Positions 39,001 to 51,000 of a stretch of DNA of 64,000 bases are shown piece by piece. Within the stretch, counting starts at the first letter, position 1, and every line of letters begins with the position of its first letter. The position numbers and the translations under genes are program-made. The DNA comes from Antedon mediterranea. Its lineage: Eukaryota > Animalia > Echinodermata. The stretch is taken from contig NC_092670.1 in assembly GCF_964355755.1 (NCBI RefSeq), positions 8,670,201-8,734,200 of the forward strand, given 5' to 3'. The notes under the pieces are model-generated. The model was not told where the DNA came from and did no database searches. It saw only the letters and a list, made by a program, of their open reading frames with translations.

Positions 39001-42000
39001 TAAAAAGCGGGAAAAATACTGTACATTTGCAAAATACAATAAAGAAATAAGCATATGACTGATACGTTAATTATAAATTGTAGATTTAATATGAATTGAT
39101 GGTTTTTAAATAGATAATCATCATCATTGCAGATGTAGATCAGTACTAGAGCCTTTTTTAATCTTAAGTAACAACATGGCATTTTTATAGCACCTAATAA
39201 GTATGATTTATTTCAGGATGGAAACAAATTAAACCTAGTTTAAGCAACGTTGGGCTCGGTTGCATCTGGATGGAAGACCGTCTAGAAATAGCGACGGGTG
39301 CTGTATATACACCAGAGAGTGATGGTGTAATGATAATATCGGACTAGCATGTGATAGGCATGGGTTCGGGGTTATCTCTACCATACTAATTGCATCCTTA
39401 GGCAAGATGCTTTACTCTCATTGCCTCATCCTTCGGATGGGATGTAAAGCCGTTGGTCCCGTGTACTTAACAGTGCACTTTAAAGAACGTGGTACACTAT
39501 TCGAAAAGAGTAGGGACCCAGTGTGCTGATCTGGTAGGCGCTGCACTGCTGGCTGCCGTTGGTCCATGGAGGGCCCAGAATAATACATTTTTAGCTATGT
39601 TTACTGGGGCACCACCAATATTCCACACCCAATTTATTAATTAAAAATTTCAAACATTTGTATTCATGTTTCGCATTACTAAAAACTCCCTCGTTTTAAC
39701 TTGTTTTTTAGTCAGTTCTATTCTTATGAAACAAGTCTAAATCAGGAACATTTTAGTCATGAAAGTATTTTTTTTTTAAAGAAGTCTTTCTATTTATCTT
39801 TAACTATTTTTACTGCAATGTATAATGATTTATTAAATATTAAATAAGGTTTTTCAATATTATTACTGCTGTTTGTAGATCAGACATGGAGCCCTTTTTT
39901 ATTTGAAATACCAACATGCCAATCAGGGGCGGTTGCAGGACTATTTTAAAAGGGTTGCCCAAATATTCCAGGGCTGTAGACACTGAGTAATTGACCAAGC
40001 AAATTGTATTCTCTCACTGTAGTGAGCTAGCAAACAGAGGATTATAGCCTATTATTCCTCCGGTAATAAAACATACGCGACTAACAATATAAGATAACAT
40101 TTTTTTTTTCGTTCATTGCGTCACGGGGAAGTCCCCGATGAAGGACTTCTGGTACGGTAAAAATAAATAAATAGATTAGGGAAAAACACCGGCAAAACGC
40201 AATAATTATGGACAAATTGATTATTAGCCTTGGCAATATGCCTAATATTTAAAAGGAATGAATATAGGCTATATTTCGTCTGTCGATGATTTTTTTTTTG
40301 TCGCGAAGTTCATGTTTGAATGCTTGATCCATTAGAGGTAATCTGTGATGACGCTAGTAGCACTGATATGCGTGGGTAATTTATGAATGGCGTAGTAGGC
40401 TACATACACGAGCCTAGATCTGTACTGCCGTTCATCTTCAGAAGTTTATCGACCGACATTTATTTATTTTTTGTGGCAATCAAAGTTGAATATATATACT
40501 GAAATGTTGTAATTAATTAATTTGAAACGATATGAAAAGATGAGGAAATCTGTGAGAATGAGAAAAAGTCGCCCCAACCGAGACTCAAATCATATAAACA
40601 CAGCAGGCAAAGAACATTAATTCTAAACCGCCCGGTGATATACTGAAATTTAATTAATTAATTTGAAACGATAAAGGTGAGGAAATCTGTGAGAATGAGA
40701 AAAAGTCCCCCCAACCGAGACTCAAACTCGGACCATCTGCTTGATATGCAGTTGCCCTAACCATTAGACCACTGGGGCTTTCATGGTATTGTTCAAACTC
40801 AATTGGATAGTGACTCTTTAACATTCTCGGCGTGGTACAGCGGAACAGCACTAGTCCTCAGTTGTACGCACGCGCAACAGAGATCAAATTGATACACCCT
40901 CATCTTTCAGTATTTTTATTCACGAGGCGGGATCTCCGAAGAGATATTTTTATATATATAAACACAGCAGGCAAAGAACATTAATTCTAAACTACCCGGT
41001 GATATACTGAAATTTAATTAATTAATTTGAAACGATAAAGATGAGGAAATCTGTGAGAATGAGAAAAAGTCGCCCCAACCGAGACTCGAACTCGGACCAT
41101 CTGCTTGATATGCAGTTGCCCTAACAATTAGACCACTGGGGCTTTCATGGTATTGTTCAAACTCGATTGGATAGTGACTCTTTAACATTCTCGGCGTGGT
41201 ACGGTGGAACAGCACTAGTCCTCAGTTGTACGCATGCGCAACAGAGATCAAATTGATACACCCTCATCTTTCAGTATTTTTATTCACGAGACGGGATCTC
41301 CGAAGAGATACTTTTATATATATAAACACAGCAGGCAAAGAAAATTAATTCTAAACCGCCCGGTGATATACTGAAATTTAATTAATTAATTAACTATATA
41401 TATTTCTCATGTGTAGTAGAGCGTTTCTTTGATTTGAATAGTTTGTATTATAACACAAGTTCATTTTGGATTTTAAGTAAATTACCAATGGTTTACTCAA
41501 AGTCATGTAGCTAATCCCTCATTATTCAATAAAAATGTTATTACTATACTACATTGTTGAAAAATAGATTGCGTGATATGAAAATGGATTGATAGTAAAA
41601 CGTAACAAACATACGTTTTTGTCTGGTTATTAGGTATTCATGCATTCATGAAGCGGAGGATTATTTTTGTAGCGTTCCATTTAAATTAAATTTTGCTACA
41701 AAGAAATATTTTGCTTTTGAAGGTTGTTAAATTTGTTGGCGCCAGCATTACTTCTTTTACCAATTTTACCAATTAATCTAACATCAAAACATTCAACAAT
41801 GATACTTTATGACTACGCCTATCAAGTTCCGGCTCCGGACCCCCACCTCCCCGAAATGTTAAAGGTTCCCTTTTTTAGAGAACACACTAACTACATTTTT
41901 TTTTTTCGTCAATGCGGTACTTCTGGTACGGTAATAATAAAATACTATCAATTAATGTAAATTAATTATTATTATCAAATAATGATTTAAAAAAGTTACA

Positions 42001-45000
42001 CAAAAAATATGAAGATGCTGCTATAAGTATTGAGGAAAACGTTAAATTGTATTATTTTGAATTAAATGCTAAATTAGTCAGCAGTTAATTAAAACCACAA
42101 TTTTCAAAATTCATTTTCATTTATCCACTATAAACTGTACAATAAATAATAAATATAAAACAAAGAAATTAATTATAGGAAATTTGCAGAAAGAACGGAA
42201 AACAAAACTATATGCAAAATTATGATTTGGCCTTAAATTGGAAAAAACGCAATAATTATGCAGGCCCGTAGCCAGGGGGGTTTTTATGGTTCGGGCGAAC
42301 CCCCCTTAACCAACTGCGAACCCCCATCCCCGAAATGCCCAATACCTCACCCTCATCTCCAAAAATCCTCCAAATACGTGCCCCACAGTACAAAAAGTTG
42401 TTTGTAAATTGAAAAATTCGTAAACTTGTTCGTGAACCTTCTTCTCTGTATGAGCGTCAACTAGTGATACGTGTCTGTAAATTTCTAAAAGCTGCAAATG
42501 AATTGCCGATTTTAACCTGAAAAATAAATGTTTGGTCCCTGCATGTAACATGATATTGACGCGTCTCATAGCGAGCTGGCGCACGAACGATTCGTACAAA
42601 GGACACCGCCAGACAACTGCGTACCTATAATTGTTTAGATCACTGGCAGTCAGGCAGCATGCATAAAGTATATAGCCTTCCGACGTACATCAGTATTTAT
42701 GTGCGACTATGAAGTATAATGTATCATAGAGGATTATATAGTGAATATTAATATTTTACACTATAATATCTATGGTATCAAGTACTGTAGTTCACATTAT
42801 GGCATCCGATTATTTTTTTCTAGACCACCAGCCGATACGTACTAAAATGTATCAATATCACCTTTTACATATTTATATTCCTCAACAAATTGCTGTCAAT
42901 AAATATTATAGATAGAGCTAGCAAATAGCATTTGCCTTCACCCAGTGTGCTTTTTTCGGGGCTGCTCCTAGATATACGTTCGCATTGAACTTGAACGCAA
43001 AACAAAATACGGAGTAAATGATCAAACAATCGGCGGTTCCGCACAGAGCACGCACATCTAACATACGGCAACAAATAGTTATCGTCATTTAAATTATCGA
43101 CGTGTTTGAGGAGGAGGAAAAAGTACGATCTTTTTGCTCATTGGTTATATAGCATGCTGCACGAGAGTGTCTTTTCCGGCCATCTAGGGGTGTCATTTAA
43201 CAAAATTCGCTTCGCATCAGGCTGGGGGGAGGGGGGGGGGGTGTTTGACCCAAATATTTAATGTCCGAACCCCCCCTTGACAGATCCTGGCTATGGCCCT
43301 GATTATGAACAAATTGACGACCCAATATGACAGGTTTTCTCGAGCACTGTGTGTGTTGGCCTCCTTTCGTACCTCTCATCAGGAGAGATATACATCTCCC
43401 TGCTCTCATGACGCGCGTACCACAAGCAACTAGTCAATCAGAAAGTCATTCTGTGCATGCTCAGAAACGTATCTACACTTATCTGTGAGTGGTATAGTAG
43501 GCCTATTGGTGACTGCTGTGCATTTACTAAAATTTCAATATTAATAATAACCAACGGTGCATCAACCACATCTCAAAACAATGTAGCCTATGTATATTCA
43601 ATTTTACAAGTAGTTCATAAACAGTAGGCCAATATTGAAACATAAACAGTAGGCCAATATTGAAACCAATTATATCTCTTGATAATTATGATTCTTTGCA
43701 GGATAAAGACACACCACTACATCTATATCTAAGAAGGAGTTCTGAAGTTAAATTAGAGATAGTAAACTGTCTCGTAACCAACGGTGCATCAACCACATCT
43801 CAAAACAATGTATGTATATTCAATTTTACAAGTAGTTCATAAACAGTAGGCCAATATTGAAACCAATTATATCTCTTGATAATTATGATTCTTTGCAGGA
43901 TAAAGACACACCACTACATCTATATCTAAGAAGGAGTTCTGAAGTTAAATTAGAGATAGTAAACTGTCTCATAACCAGTGCATCAATCACATCTCCAAAC
44001 AAGGTATGTACATTTAATTTTACAAATAGTTCATAAACAGTAGGACAATATTCCTCTGTATGTATATTTAATTTTATAGATGATCTATAAACTGTACGTC
44101 AATACTACTAGCAACAGTAGATATTAGACATTTCAAGTCAAATAACACAGCAGTAATTAGGGAAATTGAGGCCTAGACCTACTCATTTGATTCAGATCAA
44201 AACAGTAACATTTATTTGTTTTATATATTAAATATTATATATATTTGGATTTTATAAACATATCTCCTGTTAGTGTTAATGGCGCTAATGTAGTTTCGTA
44301 CCCACCTCTTAAAATGACTCAAAATTGTTTTAATAATTCATCCAACCTACTCATGGGTTGTCGACAACATTTTGCAAGCATAACATGGTAAAAAATCGAT
44401 AATTTTTTATTTATAATTATTTTTAATGAATTAAAGTATTGTGTACCGAATGTAATGACATAAACATATTGTATTTCATATTTTTAATTATAAATTGTAG
44501 ATAATATGGATTGATGGTTTTAAAATAAATAATCATATGCAGATGTCTCTAGACTAGTAATAGAGCCTTTTTTAAATCTTAAAGTAACAAAATGTCTATT
44601 TTATAGCATGTCATTCTAAACTCGTAGGTTTTAATGATTATGATTTATTTCAGGATGGAAACACCCCACTACATCTATATCTTAGCTTATTCACTACAAA
44701 GTTTGGCTATGATCTGATGGAGGGTGATAGATTGGAATTAGAGATACTGAACAGTCTTGTACATCCAGATGCATTAACCAAATCAAACAAAGTAAGGTAA
44801 AATTTAAATATAATTTAAACCTAAAACCTGTCTTTTTTTCTATCATGAAATAAACATATAATGTATTCAGTGTATTGCATTATTATCATTTTATTGCAAA
44901 TTGTGAAAGATACATTTTATTATATTACGATATTCTTATTATGAATTGTGATTTAATATTTATTGAATTACAGCTTTTTAGTAATAATATAATATTCTAC

Positions 45001-48000
45001 CTATTCAGATTATAAACATTTGGAAAGTATAATATTTCATAAAGAAGTTATTTAATTAAACTGATTAATCATTGTGTATCAACCAGAAATTCATTTTACT
45101 CTACCAGTTTTTATTTTTATTATTGTTATTATTATATCATATTATTATCGTTGTTGATTCATAGACTTTAGAACAGGCGTGACATGTACTGATATATTTT
45201 TTATGATTAGTTTGTTTAGGTTTGTATAACATATCAACTAAATTAATTATTTCTTAACAATTAAATCACATTTGTTTATACTAGATGTTTGTTTATAAAG
45301 GCAACACAATTACTAAAGTTTCAATATTTAATAATTGAGTAAACAATTTTTTTTAAATCTTAAAATCATGCATCATCACATCACATGTAGTATTGGATTA
45401 TTGTCATTATATTACAAGTAAAAGCCAATTATATTTCATCTAGTAGCCCTTGATAATTATGATTCTTTGCAGAATGGAAACACACCACTACATCTATATC
45501 TGAGATGGAGATCTGAAGTTAAATTAGAGATAGTAAACTACCTCATAACCAACGGTGCATCAACCACATCTCAAAACAATGTATGTACATTTAATTTTAC
45601 AAATAGTTCATAAACAGTAGACCAATATTCCTAAGAACCCTCTCCTCAGGTAGTGAACTTAAATCCTTCCACACACATAAGGCAACAGGTCAATTGTAAA
45701 GCATCTTGAAACAAGTTATAGACCTTGAAAATTATGATTCTTTGCAGGATGGAGACACACCACTACATAAATATCTGAGAAAGAGGTCTGGAGTTAAATT
45801 CGAGATAGTAAACTGTCTCTTAACCAACGGTGCATCAACCACATCTCTAAACAATGTATGTATATTCAATTGCTGTACTGTACGTCAATACTACTAGCAA
45901 CAGTAGTTATTAGACATTTCAAGTCTAAATATCACAGCAGTAATTAGGGAAATTGAAGCACTTGATGGATTGAATTTTTTTTGTTAACCAGAGTCATACA
46001 CCTATATGAAAACAATAAAAGCAATTGAAATTATGTAAAATCACAATTTTATACTATATTATATTACATACATACGGTAATAATACAATTTGATTTAGTT
46101 GCAAACCATTTTTAATAGACTAGGGGTCAGTCTTTACCGAAAACAACCACAAACAACCGAAAACAACCGTAAACAACCCGAAAACAAACCGAAAAGAAAA
46201 TAAAAAATCTATACCGAAAACAATTTTGTATAATATTTTTGTTAATGTCGCCCTCTATTGATGGGTGTTTCTAAAGCTAAGACCATACAGAAAGAAAACC
46301 GCGCGCACAAAATCCAAGGAAGACCCTACAAAATAGTAGTGTGCACAAAATACAACTCAAAATCCTACAAATTCAATGATATACACAGTAGACTACATTT
46401 ACTTACAAAATCTATAAACACATTTCGTTTTTAGTCTTTATATTTTCCAAAACAAAGCATGATTTTACCTAACTTTGCGTGATTAAGGATAAAAACGTTA
46501 TTTACTCGACTGCGGTAATTTTACTGAATAGATTTTATTGTGAATCCTTTATCGTGAGCTTGTTTTAAGTATACTTCATAGTCCTTAATATTATCAATAT
46601 TCTTTAAATATTCTTTAAAATATCATTTTGTATTATCTTTGAAAATCTATAATTAAATTGATCATGATTAACCATAGTCAATTTACTTTCTATACTATGG
46701 ATTAACGTATTCACAATTATTGTGAAGAGTAAATGCGTTGGTTTCTGGATCAAAAATCGACAGAATAAAATTAAAATATTTTTATAGATTCTCTAGGTAA
46801 ATGCAATGTTATCATTGATTGATTGATTGTACGATTTTTAGTTGTATTTTGGGCACGTACTACCATTCCGTAGGGTCTTCCTTGGCTTTTACACACGCGG
46901 TCTTCTCTCTGTCATGGTCTTAGCTCTAGAAACACCCATCAGTAAAAGGCGACCTTAAAAAGTCATATACAAATTTGTTTTCGGTATTTAGACTAATTTA
47001 TTTTGTTTTCGGTTTGTTTTCGGTTGTTTTTGGCTGTTTATAGTTGTTTTCGGTTGTTTATGGTTATTTTCTGTTGTTTTTGGTAATTAGACTGACCGGA
47101 TACTAGGGGTGCATTAACCACAAAGTAATGTACTGTAAATAGTGCATCCAATGTTATACAAAAAATGAGTGTAATATGGTACAAATAATGGCATGAGGGG
47201 ACTGATGAAAGGTAATATTTCAATGAGGGGAATCTAAATAGATTCCTGTCATTTGAATCAGATTGAATGAAGGGTAGCTTTATTTGTTTTATATATTAAA
47301 TATGTATTTGGATTTTATAAACATACCTCCTGTTAGTGTTAATGGCGCTAATGTAGTTTCGTACCCACCCCTTAAAATGACTCAAAATTGTTTTAATAAT
47401 TCATCCAACCCACTCATGGGTTGTCCACAACATCCTGCAAGCATACATTTTAATTTTTGTTAAATAATTTTTTATTTATAAATATTTTTAATTAATTAAA
47501 GTAAATGTGTAATAAATTTTGACAAATAATTTTTTCACCTTAAACTTGTCTAATTCTTTTTTTCCTATCAAGTATTGTGTACCCAATGTAATGACATAAA
47601 CATGGGTATTTCATATTTTATTTATAACTTGTAGATTTAATATGGATTGATGGTTTTTAAATAAATAATCATCATCATTGCAGATGTTTGTAGTAATAGA
47701 ACCTTTTTTTAAATCTTAAAGTTGCAACATGTCTATTTTATAGCATGTCATTCTAAACTCGTAGGTTTTAATTATTATGATTTATTTCAGGATGGAAACA
47801 CCCCACTACATCTATATCTTAGCTTATTCACTACAAAGTTTGGCTATGATCGGATGAGGATTGGTAAATTGGAATTAGAGATACTGAACAGACTTGTGCA
47901 TCCAGATGCATTAACCACATCAAACAAAGTAAGGTACAATTTAAAAATAATTTAAACCTAAAACTTGTCTTTTTTTCTATCATGAAATAAACATATAATG

Positions 48001-51000
48001 TATTCATTGTACAGTACTGCATTATTATCATTTTATTGCAAATTGTGAAAGATACATTTTATTATATTACGATATTCTTATTATGAATTGTGATTTAATA
48101 TTTATTGAATTAATACAGCTTTTTAATAATAATAATATAATATTCTACCTTTTCAGATTATAAACATTTGGAAAGTATAATATTTCATAAAGAAATTATT
48201 TAATTAAACTGATTAATCGTTGTGTATCAACCAAAATTCATTTTACTCTACCGGTTTTTATTTTTATCATATTATTATTGTTGTTGATATATATAGATAC
48301 TCATATACTTTAGAACAAACGTGATATATCTTTAATACAATTATTTTGATTTGGGTTGGTATAGCATATCAACTAAATCAATTATGTCTTAACACTGACA
48401 GTTAAAGCACATTTGTTCATAGATGGGGAAGACGCCGGTGTCTATTTTAAAAGATAATGATCAGATTGACCTAGAAGTAAAACACACGATATTGAAGATA
48501 TTTGACAGTAAGTTAATGTTTTAAAATTAATTTAATCCCCTGAATCCAAACCTGTTTTAATTGTTAGCTTTAGTTTTAAATTTAAAACAAGATTCTTTAC
48601 TTGATTTTGTACAAAAACTAAGTTTTTCACTTCTTCAATTCATGGAATTTTAAAAGTTTTGAGAATACATCGATTTCTGCTGTGTTTAAATTCGTGTCTA
48701 AGCCTGTTCAGCTTACTAGAAGGTGCCAGAAGAGACACGTGAAAATCAATCTAAAACAAGAGATAATAACGACCAACATTGATTTCAATGTCTTGAGCGA
48801 CATCAGCCTCACTACTTATTACTGTACTGTATTATTGTAATCAGTCATGTAATTTGTGTGTACACGAAACGATGAGACAGTGATAATAAGTATCTTGCCT
48901 AGTAAGTAATATGGCGCTAACAGGTTTTGAGTACTGTACGATACTTTACTTTTATGCCATAATCATGCTGATGAATTTGAACATCATTTACTGTATTTTT
49001 ATTGCTTTTATTTGATTTCTGTAATCACTGGATTGTATTTTCAATGTATGGAAATTGTAAATTGAACAAAATGCTCTACTTGATTTAATAGGCAGAAACC
49101 TAAATTTTATTTAGGAGTTTTAGAAAATTTATGAAATAAAATAAAGAAAATTATACTTGGCACCTGAATATATTTATTATTGTTACAGTAGCTAAAAAGT
49201 CTTCAGTGGGTCAAGCAGCAGCAGCAAAAGGTACAACTGGAAAAGAATTTGAAAAAGAACCAACATCTGCCACCACCACAACTGCATTACTGTCAACGTC
49301 TAAAAAAATGTTAACATGTAAGCCTTCTTCAAAATGGATGTAAAATATTCTAATTTTGAATAGTACAAACAAAATGCGACCAAAGATTATGATTATACAA
49401 TTTAAAACAACACATACAAATATTATGCAAACAATGAATGTCTTATAAGTTAGTGAGAATATTCCATGGGTTGAAATATTGACTGCCATATTTAACAATG
49501 CAGAACTGAATTAAATAGAACATTTAATCGCTCAACTTATCCTGATTTTTTCACCATTTGTATTCAGTATGTAAGCTTTATGCAATTTGGCCTGTATTAT
49601 ATGTCACTACTTTAAAGCACAATAAAATCTGTCTATAGTCTGTATTGCAGTTAAATCAGTATTATAACAATCATTTCAATGTCTTATTAAGTAGGATATC
49701 TATATAAATACAGTGTAATTGTAATCGTTATCAAGTTTCTATCTCACTTTCTATTGACAGCAAAAACAAATTAATTACATAAAGCAATAATACTCCTTTA
49801 CTTTTCAGTTAATGTCACAGTTCATCTCAAAAGCATTAAAGTTCCACCACATCCACAGTATGTTGTAGACATGTTTGAAGACATTTTTGGTGGAAAAAAT
49901 GTTATACATGCTTTGGGGTCCTGAGAAAAAATCCTCTACAGTACTTGATTAGACAGAAATTGAAATTTTATCTAGGAATTTTTGAAAATTCCTGAAATAC
50001 AAAATAAAGAAAATTACACTGACATTACACATTTGTATATTATTGTTACAGTAGCTCAGAAGTCTGAACTGGATCCAGCAGCAGCAGTAGGTACAACTGG
50101 AAAAGAATCTCAAAAAGAACCAACATCAATGTCTGCAACTACCACAACCGCAGGATTGTCAACGTCTAAAAAAATGTTAACATGTAAGCCTTCTTCAAAG
50201 TGGAAGTAAAATATTCTAATTTTGAATAGTACAAAAAAAATGCGACCAAAGATTATGATTATACAATTTAAAACAGCACATATAAATATTATGCCCTATT
50301 TAACAATGCGGAACTGAATTAAATAGAACTGTATTGCAGTTAAATCATGTCTTATTAAGTAGGAAATCTATACAAACAGTGTGTAATTGTTATCATCAAG
50401 TTTCTTTCTCAATCGATTTCTATTGACAGCGAAAACAAATTACTTACTTAAAAACGATAATTTTTCTTTATTTTTCAGTTAATGTCACAGTTCATCTCAA
50501 AAGCATTAAAGGTCCACCACATCCACAGTATGTTGTAGACATGTTTGAGGACATTTTTGGTGGAAAAAATGTTATACATGCTAAAGATCTGCCAAAACAA
50601 AGTGACAAAGTTAGAGAACTTGTACAATTAATAAGAGACATTGGTTTTACCATTAACGCCCTTGAGCGGAATTGTATGAAACTTCATCTTGATACGTTAC
50701 ATCCAAGGGCTGTATTTCTTCTAAAGTGCTTGTACACTAGTGGAAGGCTTCTAAGGTTTTTAAGTCAAATATTAGTTTCTGAAGAACATCGGTCTAAATT
50801 TGTTGCTCAATGGAATTTGCTAATTGATCAACTGCAATTTGAAGAAGTTTTCAAGGGTGTGAAACTAAAAGGTAAGAAATATTACTTGAAATTTCTTATT
50901 TCCTAGTAAACAATAATTAAAATACCGTTGTAAATGCATACATACACATATCAAGCACAAAATCAACAAAGAGCAGTCAGTGTGAATAAAAGAATTTATT

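Larger units (their letters stand above)
40495..41392. repeat. 364-bp tandem repeat (2 full + partial units) carrying a tRNA-like sequence
   Basis: 40654-41017 is nearly identical to 41018-41381; a partial unit lies at 40495-40653. Confidence 0.9.

Noticed and set aside
39240-39306. Functional 5S rRNA gene
   Set aside because: Only a diverged 3' half is present, fused to SINE body sequence.
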